A DNA stretch of 64,000 bases, taken from assembly GCF_006345805.1 (NCBI RefSeq), contig NC_043003.1:68448001-68512000 (forward strand), written 5' to 3'. Below are positions 53,505 through 64,000 of the stretch, one piece after another (position 1 is the first letter of the stretch; every line of letters begins with the position of its first letter). Position numbers and translations under genes: made by a program. The DNA comes from Octopus sinensis (lineage: Eukaryota). The notes beneath the pieces are model-generated. The model had not been told where the DNA came from, ran no database searches, and saw nothing but the letters and a program-made list of their open reading frames with translations.

Positions 53505-53725
53505 AGGGCGGCGAGCTGGCAGAATTGTTAGCAGGCTGGACGAAATGCGCAGAGGTATTTCGCCCGTCGCTGCGTTCTAGGTTCAAATTCCGCCGGGGGC
53601 AACTTTGATTTTCATCCACTTGTGGTCGATGAATTAAGTAGCAGCGAAAACCTGTGGCCGATGTGATGGACCATTCCCCTCCTTCCCCCAGATTTCAATC
53701 ATTGTGCTTAAAATAGAAAGGAATA
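53505..53725 (+). mobile_element. SINE family B, monomer
   Basis: GGCGGCGAGCTGGCAGAATTGTTAGCA..GGTTCAAATTCCGCCG. Confidence 0.85.
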
Positions 53726-54666
53726 TATAGCTCCAGTGTTCTTCCTATATGTTAATGATATTCCACAGAGATATTTAAATTTTAATTTTAATTCATTTAT
53801 ATTAGAAAGAATTGGTAGTCCTTTTCTTGCATGGAAATATAAATATATTTGTCAATGACCTAATTATAATGAATAAGTTGGCTCGTGGCGGCTTATAATT
53901 CATGGTTCTAGATTTAACATATAATCCTATGAACTACAGCAGATATCGCCGTTATTAAATACTGTAAATGACCGTATTAGATCTATATACGAGAAATCAA
54001 TTATAAAAATAAAACTACTGGTCTATAGAACGCCTCCAGTAAAACATTTGAAAATAACTTGAATAAACAAATCGGTAAAGAAAAATATTATTATGCGTTT
54101 AATATAGAAATACTTCTAAACAGAGACAGTAAACAATAACAGCAAGCACCATCAAAATCGATCCTTTTTAATGGTGGATATATTTGGCTTCATAATAACA
54201 AGGTGAATGTTACATTAGTTCGACATTATTTGACGTAAAATATCACCCGCTATAATTGACACACTTATTATCTCATTTATTATGGCGGAGTAAGTTCGAT
54301 AATTTTTGTATGAAACATAGTAAGAGTTAATAACATTAATTTTGATCACAATAATTAACGCACTGCTGATTCTATTGAAGAAGAAAGGCGGTATTATTCT
54401 TTGTATTTTTGGCCTAGAGTAGATTCTAACTAATAAAAGACACATACAAACTCACAGAAGCTCTCACGCACTCCCACAGCGAGAGAAATGCACTTCCAAA
54501 TGACCAATCATTTATACATATAAACTCACACATATCGATATGTGTGCGTGTGTACGGTGGTTATCAGACACGATGGACATATACATATATATTAGAAGAG
54601 AGGCGATATGTAAATATGCATATAACAATGTGTGTGTAAATGTATGTATGTATGTATGTATGTATG

Positions 54667-54706
<40 letters not shown>

Positions 54707-54889
54707 GGTAGGTAGGTAGGCAGGTAGGTAGGTAGGTAGGTAGGTAGGTAGTTAGGTAGGTATGAAATAATTACGTAGATCTAGGTATGTTTTAATGAGA
54801 GAAATTTATAATAGTCTCATATTGCAATGAAGATTAAGCTTACGAAAAATCATTTATAGCTTATAGCATTACTTCAGTAGTAGGCATTG

Positions 54890-54921
54890 CAATAACAATG
54901 ATGATAATGATAATAATAATA

Positions 54922-54975
<54 letters not shown>

Positions 54976-54992
54976 TAATAATAATAATAATA

Positions 54993-55029
<37 letters not shown>

Positions 55030-55060
55030 TAATGATAATAATAATAATAATAATAATAAT
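54890..55060. repeat. (AAT)n microsatellite
   Basis: Direct reading. Confidence 0.95.
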
Positions 55061-55761
55061 TGTAAATTATTTTTATTACCATTGCTAAATAATGTATCTG
55101 TATACAAGTTTGCGTACGTGCGCGTATGTGAGCGCGCCTGGTGCGTGTACATATGTGTATGCATTGTGCATGTGTATATGTGCATGACGGTATGTCCGTG
55201 CGTGTGTGGCTGTGTGCGTGGTTGTCAGTTCGTAGGCGTGGAAAAGGCTATAAAGGGTCTGTAATGGCGGATGAAAACTACATGGCAACATTGACAATAT
55301 CTTCGTGGTAATATGAAGACATAACCATTTGGGCGCTAATTGTGTATTAAAGGAAACATTAATAAGCCACTATGTATTTTATATACTTCTAGATGTTGCA
55401 TATTGTCACGAATACCAATTGACGCTTACTATTATAGGATCCACGTTGCTTACAAAGCGTCACATTTTAGATATTATGTATCTTTATAGTGGACATAATT
55501 TAATTCCTTTGAAAGCTAATTTCTCATCAGCGCGCGTAGCGATGACGGTGTAACATAGCTTGGTTTGATAATATGTTATTGTGTAACGAGTTTTATTCCC
55601 ATATTTCATAAAAGCTGCATGGAGAACGAGAGCTTCTATGATGTACTAACGTATTCACTAGCCATATATGTCTATTCATGTATAACAAAAGGGATTTGTA
55701 CATGGTTATGTATGTCTGTGTGTGCAGTAGTGAGTGATTATTTTTCTTTTTATACTTATCG

Positions 55762-56110
55762 TTTTTCTTGTTTCTGTCATTGAACTGCGGACATGCTGAG
55801 ACACCGTATTCAAGAATGCTTAGACGCTCGAATCCACTCCAGTACTCATTTTTCTAGCTTGGTCCTGATTCTATCGATGTCTTTGCCGAACCGCTAACCA
55901 CACGAACTGTGGCTGTCAAGAGATAGCGGGATGTATACATAGACATACACACACATATACGATGGGGGCTTCTTATAGCCTCCGTCTTCCGAATCAACTC
56001 ACAAGGCTTTGGATGGCACGAGGCAATAGTAGACAACACTTCCCCAAGGTGAGACCCATAGGGACTGAACCCGGAACCATGTGGTTGGGAAGGAAGCTTC
56101 TTACCACACA
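55762..56110 (-). mobile_element. SINE family A, degenerate
   Basis: GGGACTGAACCCGGAACCATGTGGTTGG head region and TTTGCCGAACCGCTAA body. Confidence 0.8.
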
Positions 56111-56238
56111 AACTTGGTTATGCATTTATACACTGTTCTATGTTTCTGTATGTGTGTGTGCGCGGGCGTGTGTGTGTGTGTGCCTGCTATATTTAGGTAA
56201 TATGAAGATATGGACGTGTAAGAATAGTATATAGTTTA

Positions 56239-57646
56239 CAAGCTGACGTACCCGGTAATTCCAGGGAAAGCAGGGCTTATCCCTTGGTTCCATTCTCATA
56301 CGTGTTTCGCTAATCCAATAACAACAATACAAAGTATGTAGCCCTCAAAACGGTTTTTGTGCATTTACAGAGAATACTGAACTATCCTACACAGGATCTT
56401 GTTTTTAGGAATTTCCAGTTATGTAATAACATGAAATTTGTTACCCGATAGTAAGAATTCAAATAAAGTAGCCCCGAAAAGGGCTTTTAATGTATTCCCA
56501 GAATATATAGAACTTAGGAGGAAATACTAATAAATTATGTATAGTAAAATCGTGAAACATGTTACGTAATAACAGGCTAATCAGATATGAGATAATAACT
56601 CTTCAAAGTAAATAACTCTAAAAGGGCTTTTGTGCGTTCCTAGAGAATATTATCCTCAGCGGCGCTAGTCTTGGAATATTCGGGAATAAGTAACTAACTA
56701 AAATAAGTGGATCTATTGTTTAAGAAAATACTATTTACTTGTTTAAGGGTTGTACTGGATAAACTACGAAAATAATTCTAACAGTTCAAATATTAAGAAA
56801 TAAGCATACTCAAATTGATTTATACCAAACTAGCAGTATCGCCCAGCGTTGCTCGGGTTTGTAAGGGAAATAACTATATAAGCATTTTTTTTAGAGACTT
56901 ATAGCAAAAAAATGCATTAAAAATGGAATAAAAAATGACGGTAATTTTTTTTTTAAATCGTTGACTCAGTGTCTTCAAGCCATGAAGTCGTTGTTCTAAA
57001 AGAACGCTGGTCTCCTTGACAATGCTTTACGACGTTGATTTCATTACACTCCCTTCCCCACAGCTTCACGAGGGAGGGAAGAAGGGGGAGAATCAAACAG
57101 GTGCAGGTGTGACCATGGACGCCAACTCCGCCGCCATCGACACACGAAAAATTATGCATTAAAATGGAATAAAAAATGATGTTAAATTATTTTTAAAATC
57201 GTAGACTCATCGTAGACGCGCGCTAATACTCAGACGGGCTCGATATGAATCACGACTATAAGATACCCGAATTTGGTTAAACTGCACCGCAAAATGTGGG
57301 AGTAGTTAGGAATCTAAATCGAAGGGAACAGACACTCACACAACTACAGTTTTATATATATAGATGATTTAAGAAAATGAATGGGTTATTTCCGTTGGCA
57401 GTAAAATCTGGTTTAATGGGTTATACCCTTTGGCTATTAATATGAAATATATTAGATATATACAATGATCCCTTCCAGGGGCCCTATTATCGAATTTTTT
57501 AACAATCTGAGTATTCCATGCGGTGTCCAGACATGAGTTCTACTCACGTGTCAAGTTTCATCAAAATCGATAAAACAATGTAGGAGGAGTTAGCTACCAA
57601 CTCCACAAACACACCCACAGACAGAATTTCCCACATATGTAGTAGA
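56239..57646 (-). mobile_element. Older Helitron-like element hosting a nested Helitron
   Basis: Minus strand A|TCTACTACATATGTGGGAAATTCTGTCTGT start; CCCTGGAATTACCGGG hairpin then CAGCTTG|T end (CTTG, not canonical CTRR); three internal ~50-bp repeats. Confidence 0.6.
56830..57364 (-). mobile_element. Non-autonomous Helitron, long variant (nested)
   Basis: A|TC..hairpin..CTAG|T on the minus strand; same family and insert as 11186-11698. Confidence 0.88.
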
Positions 57647-57854
57647 TGAGTTGTGTAGATGTACATTTGTGTGCATGTGATGCATTATATGCAGTTTCCA
57701 AATACCAGATAGTCCAAACACCAAATAGTCAGAAGACTATTTATTAAAGGCATACCGGCCTTGATCTTCCCGTCTTTGTTTTATTTCTAATGCATTCTAC
57801 CGTTCTTTCACTGTCTCCGTTTTATCTGACTCCCCCTACTCTCACTCTCTCCTT

Positions 57855-57894
<40 letters not shown>

Positions 57895-60199
57895 ACCTCT
57901 GCGTGTTTTTGTGTCAGCATATTTCATCATGTTTATGAAGAGAAGGAAAATGTTTATACCAATCGTGTTCAATTTATAAATTGCATTGTTTCTCTCTCCC
58001 TCTCTCCCTGTCGTTCTGTATGCTTATATTCCCGTGTACATGTACGCGTTTGTGCATGAATATGTTTATATTCCCGTGCGCATGTGCGCATTTGTGTATG
58101 ACAATTTGTGTATTCCCCTGAAGCGCCAAAAATTACTCTCACCAAAACAGACTGAATATCCAGTCAACCATGTTACATCATGAGCGCTGAAACAGCTACG
58201 CCTGGTCGTCTTACTCTGGGTAAATATATATAGCATAAGTGTGGCAAGAAAGGTTTGTTTCAACCGTTGAGTAGAGCCTATAATGTTCGTTCAATATTGA
58301 ACTACAGCGCATACTTTGCGGGTTAAATACCTTTTAGAGTTGTGAATTCAGTGTTATGCGTTTGCAACAATTCACTGGAATAAAGAATAAAATTTTATAA
58401 AATACTATAAAATTAGATCACATGCACACTAGTAGCTTAGAAGCTAAATATTTATGAAGCTATAGATGTTTCGTTATACAATAGTCATAAATATTTGGTC
58501 GAGTCATCGATAAACTGCCAAGGTATATGCTAGTTTTGCACGAGCGGTTAAAGCAAATATTCTGAATGAACGAGGGTTATGTTACGAAGATAAGGACACA
58601 CAATTGTAAACATTTTGATCTCTATAAGGACTGTAAGATGAAAGTGTAAATTTAGAGGAGTTATATGAGTTGACACCACCAACGATGATGACTCTGGAAA
58701 AGTGTGATAATATGCTATCAACATTGATGAAAGTGAGATAATCGTGTAACTAATGGTTATCAGATGAAATGGAATCATGCAGATAGAGCAGACACACTTA
58801 ATGACGTGCGAAAGTGGACACGGTATATCTAACAGTATTTAACGTTACCCTCTAAAAGTAAGGAATGTTTCGTTAGAAAGATATATATCTAAAAAAAAGA
58901 AGCTTGTTATTCCTTTATAAGCAGTGAAACTTAGATATTGTCGTTTCTTAGTCCGAGTTCGCCCTGATCGGGAAACGATATTCTAGGCATTAACTCTTGA
59001 TTTCAGGAGCCCTGTTGGCCTATATTTGCTATTAAATATTTATTCTGACTTTTCAAAACGTTAGTGTATATTTGGATGGAAATTTGGATGCCATTTTAGC
59101 GAAGTCAAGGGATCCTATAAAAATATCATTTTCTTGGTTCTGGATTGAGGTTAACAAGTTTGTATAAGAAGCAGGAATCGTCTGAAATTATTCGACATCT
59201 GTGCATGATGCCTGAGAGGATAGAGAATTCCGCAAACAAATAATTTTTGTACTTCCATTTTTTCTCGTTGCTACTTTCCTAGATATTTTTGGATATATAT
59301 TTCTTGAAGAAGGCAATAGAAGACCTTTTCTCGAAGCTTCATGCCTATAAATACATAGTTACCAGTGAGGCTCGTATGAGTGTGAAATAGTCATAAGAGG
59401 ATTTCTCGAGAAAGTTTCCATACTAGCGGTGAACATAAGTGAAAGTTTGTTACGGTGATATGACGGTGGGTCATGTCAGATTATTTTACAGCCAAGTGAA
59501 CAGTTAACATTTCTTACCACTTCGTGAATTATATGGTGGTTGGATTATCAAAGAAAATGTACAAACATGAATCAGTAGGATTAATGACTTACTTTTCTTC
59601 TAATAATTCCTTGTGTCTACGACACAATGAATTATACCAAAATATTCGTAAAAAGTAAATATCGAACCCCTACCGATTGCACTATTCTAAGTAAGTTTCT
59701 AGTTGAAGTACCTTGCCTCTACAAACTTTGATGTATTATGATAGTGAAAGTGAATAATGGACAAAGAAAAAACAAATACAAAAGGCGTAAGCGCAAAGCA
59801 CAAAGGGGAATGTGAGACGTGACTGAAAGTGAAACAGTATTTCATGTAATGTAAAAAATATAAAATAGGGAAGAAAGGAAGCAGAGAATAGAGTAATAGC
59901 AGATGTAGAATATATGTATTGCAACTTTATATAACCTGAGTGATGCCGCATACGGCCTCAAAGGTATTACATGTATCTATGTCTAAAAATGGGGAACATC
60001 AAAACCAGCCTGATGAAGGCAAATGGAGATTAAATACAGACGAGTGATTGATCATAGGGAGAAGCACAGTTTCATATCTCAATATCATTAATCAGTAGAA
60101 CAAGAAGATAAAGTTAATAAATGAATAGAAAGGAAACATCCGTATCTATGTTGACGCATTTATGTCTGAAAATGAAAACGACAATGTGTGTTTGTGCTT

Positions 60200-60249
<50 letters not shown>

Positions 60250-60759
60250 GTCACAAAAGTGTTTTATTATACACAACATACGCATGTTTGTTATGAATAT
60301 ATACATATATATATATGTGTGTGTGTGTGTGTGGCAGGATGTATGTATGTATCTATATACATACACAAATACATACAAGCAACACATGCACACTGAAAAC
60401 CATAATTTCACACACTCACACACATATACACATATATACGTACATATGAAATTGAATGCTGTATATGTGTGTGTATCTATACATGCAGGTAGAGATAGAT
60501 AAATTCATGGAAAATGAATATATCTATATTTATACTAGGAAAAAATATTCCAGTAATTTCGAAGTTACATACATACATATATATGTATTTCTGATAAACC
60601 TACTTGGAAATGAATGCGTGGCATGCAATCAAATAATAATATCAAGAATATATATATATATAATATATATATATATATAAAATCCCTAAAATCCTTTAAA
60701 ATGTTTTAGCCCGAAGGCCGCGGCTATGCTGCGCCACCACCACCGCTGTATATATATAT

Positions 60760-60849
<90 letters not shown>

Positions 60850-61230
60850 GGTACAGGACGTCACGAACAGGAAGCAAAACAAATTAGTTTAATACGCAAG
60901 CAAGGAGAGAAACAAATGGAAAACAGGATAAGGAACATAAAGAAAAGCCCTTCATCATTTGTCAGTTATCTATCTACTCCTCATTTCAAGCATTGAACGA
61001 CAATATGAGTCTTCGAAGGCAGTTTGTAACAAAATATAATTTGGGATTTATACAGGGTCAAAGTTGAGAACAAAAACAGGACAGTAGAGATACCTCGTTC
61101 TGGTCTAAGGACTCTCCACGTTTCTTTTCGTTCGGTTCCCTTTCATGTCTCCACTGTCCTACTGACAGGGGAACAAAGCTACTCTTGTCCTTATTTATAT
61201 CAGCGTGATGCTATCTAGTATTTAAATATA

Positions 61231-61438
61231 CAGTAATCCCTATATCGCGGTTTATTATTTAAACTTACGTCGATTCCTTCGTGATGATGTTTTGATTATA
61301 TAATAATATAAATATATACAAATGATAATTACAATTTTAAAAAATATACAGTATAGTACTGTTTGTCCTTCGTGGATTTCACTTATCGCGGGTGAGGGGC
61401 TTTGGAACGCAACATCCACGACAGTCAAGGGATTACGG
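61231..61438. mobile_element. Tigger/pogo-like MITE
   Basis: TA|CAGTAATCCC..GGGATTACGG|TA: terminal inverted repeats with TA target duplication. Confidence 0.75.
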
Positions 61439-62177
61439 TACTTCAGTTCATATATACGTATATTATATAAACTCATATAAAAATATGGAAATGTGTGTGT
61501 ATGTGTGTGATAAATATAAAAATATGTATGTATCCATGCGTTTGTGCGTGCGTGCGTGCGTGCGCGTGCTTCTGTGCGTACGTGTAAAAAGATGCAGTAA
61601 CTTAATTGTCCGTAAACCTTGGAAGGAAAATGTAATCTTCTTCCCTCTCAAAACTTAGCTGCCCTTCAGTTAGAGCGATTAGCCTATCAGATACAAGCAA
61701 CAAGTGTGTTGCATTTCAATCGCTAATTTATTAGCTTTTCGTTAAATTTTATTAATTTCATTCTAACGAGGCTGAATTATATCACTTTGATCACATTTCA
61801 CAAAGATTGAAAACTTTAGATTAATAAGAGGATTAATTAATCTTGTATACATAAACAAACACACACATACATATATACTTCCACGCATTTTTTCACAAAT
61901 ATATTTTGAAATAAATTTTATCATAATATATCTGCATTTTTTTGTTTGTTTAGAATATCCATTGATATTTTATATCGTCGCAATCCAACTATAAAATCTG
62001 GGGATTTAAATTCTTCTAATAATTTATTTTGTATTTTCTTTTCACTTGTTTTCCAAATACTAATAGGGTTGATAATTTGTGATTTATTGATTCTCGAAGA
62101 TGACGGTGTGCATGTAGAATTATGTTGCTCAATGAGGGCTTGCAAAGAGGCGCCTTTAAGCAGATATATATATATAT

Positions 62178-62235
<58 letters not shown>

Positions 62236-62682
62236 GGGGAGAGAGAGAGAGAAAGATAGATAAACCATGAGCCACTCACATATTACTCCATTTGCCTATT
62301 TCTCACGCTTCAGTTCTTCCTCCCTCCTCCCTCCCTCCCTCTCTATGTCTTTGCTTATGAACAAATGCATGAAGATATGTACGTATGTATGTTTTCTTGT
62401 CCTTTTTATTATTCAAGTTTTACCTCTGAAGAAGGATCTGGTTTCTAACAAAATACAAAGCTCCAACGAGGAAATGTAGCTAATACAAACAAGGTAAGAC
62501 CTTAAACTTGAGAAAAGTCTGGCATATTTTAACTGTCCTCCTTACAGATTGTATTTATATGCGAGTTGGTTATTTCTTTTTCTGAAAATCCAAGTTGAGT
62601 ACTGGGGGTCGATATAATAGATTATCCTGTCCCCTGAAAATTTCAGGGGACAGAAAGGATTGTTGTACATAACAGCACAAGA

Positions 62683-62823
62683 CGTCGAGCTGGCAGAGTC
62701 GTTAGCATGCGGAACAAAATGTTTAGCAACATTTCCTTCATCTGTACGTTCTGAGTTCAAATTTCACCGAGTTCGACTTCGCTTCTCATTCTTTCGGTGC
62801 TCCATAAATTAAATAGCAGTCAA
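62683..62823 (+). mobile_element. SINE family B, 5' part
   Basis: CGAGCTGGCAGAGTCGTTAGCATG..GTTCTGAGTTCAAATTTCACCGAG. Confidence 0.8.
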
Positions 62824-63120
62824 ATCCTACTTTCTTTGGATTCACAGTCACTGATAGGGTTGTGGGGTTGAGATGCCTTGTGAAATAGCGTATCTTGGAT
62901 ATTTTAAACATGGTGGATCTCAGTCCCGGTGAGGTTAAAATATATGTTGATTTCGACAGAGAGAGAGACAAACAGGAAGAGAGAGAGACAGAAAGAGAGA
63001 GAGAAATAGAGAAAGAGAGATGGAGAGAGAGAGGGAGAGAGAGGGTGAGTTGGGGGTAGACTTATGTTCAGACTTGAGGAAAAAGGAGAGAGAGGAAGTT
63101 GTTGGACCTAAGATAGAAAT

Positions 63121-64000
63121 CGACCAACCAGCCAAAAAGTCGACCCACGACCAACAAACAAACCAGCCAACCAACCGACAAGCAAACCAACCAGGCGACC
63201 GACCGACAAACCAACCAACCAGGCGACCCACGACCAACCGACCAACCAACAAACCACCCTACCCACCGACAAACCAGCCAACCAGCCGAACAAGGACCAA
63301 ACGACCAACCATCCAACTAACCGACCCACGACCAACCGAACAAGCAACCGACCAGCCGACATACCGACCAACCGACCAACCAGCCAACAAGTACACCGAT
63401 CGACAAACCAACCGACCAGCCGACCTACAACCAACTGACCAACCAACCAACTAGCCGACACAACAACCAACCAACTAGCCGACCAACTCACAAACCAACC
63501 AACCAGCCGGTCCACGACCAACCGACCAACAAACCAACTATTCAAACCAACCGACAAACCAAACAACCAGTCGATCCACGACCAACTCACCAACCAACCA
63601 GCCGACCCACGACCAAAGGACCAACCAGCCGACCCACCGACCAACCCACCAACCAACCAGCCAGCCGACCCACAGACCAACCGACAAATCAACCAAACAG
63701 CCGACCCACGACCAACTAGCCGACCAACCAACCGACAAACCAGCCAACCAGCCGATCAACCGACCAACCAACCAACCAGTCACCCAACTGTCAAACCAAC
63801 CAACCAGCCGACCCACGACCGACCGACCAACCGACCAACCAACCAACCAGCCGGTCCACGACCAACCGACCAACCAACCAACCAGCCGACCCACGACCGA
63901 CCGACCAACCGACCAACCAACATAACCAGCCGACCCACGACAAACAGACCAACCAACCAACCAGCCGACCTACCGACCAACCAACCAACAAGTCAACCAA
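63121..64000. repeat. (ACCA/ACCG)n array with a higher-order CAGCCGACCCACGACC motif; runs off the window
   Basis: Direct reading; the motif recurs about eleven times at irregular spacing. Confidence 0.9.

Noticed and set aside
54247-54290. 10-bp stem hairpin CCGCTATAAT..ATTATGGCGG
   Set aside because: Short stems are expected by chance in 64 kb of AT-rich DNA.
58500-58800. Possible decayed piggyBac-like N-terminus (LTPPT..DDDSG)
   Set aside because: The similarity is impressionistic; no TTAA/TIR or catalytic region was found.
60850-61100. Probable interspersed repeat after (TA)n with a TGATGAAGGG motif
   Set aside because: The core is mutated, there is no downstream GAAA, and no second copy occurs in the window.
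62848-62928. Segment with good acceptor and donor sites
   Set aside because: Stops occur in all three frames from the acceptor; it could only be a UTR or start exon, which is unsupported.

Overview
AT-rich eukaryotic DNA saturated with microsatellites and decayed transposons. The three SINE families match what I recall from Octopus genomes (inference, not a database result). I recognise no intact host protein-coding gene, rRNA, true tRNA or CRISPR array. Nearly all ORF-track entries are translated microsatellites or broken transposon ORFs. Supportable features: about 24 copies of three tRNA-derived SINE families; decayed CR1-like, Tx1/L1-like, R4/Dong-like and Penelope-like (PLE) retroelements; a decayed DD37D (maT) Tc1/mariner; a Tigger-like MITE; fold-back elements; four non-autonomous Helitrons (one tandem pair, one nested pair); and a 100-N gap. 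The most interesting signal is a set of minimal hammerhead-ribozyme (HHR) motifs with palindromic stem III, the PLE type. Several sit inside inverted-repeat elements. One lies in a head-to-head element whose complete arm reads tRNA-like Pol III head, (AAT)n, hammerhead tail (26388-27268), a candidate hammerhead-bearing SINE mobilised by Penelope. Most motifs carry mutations and activity is untested.
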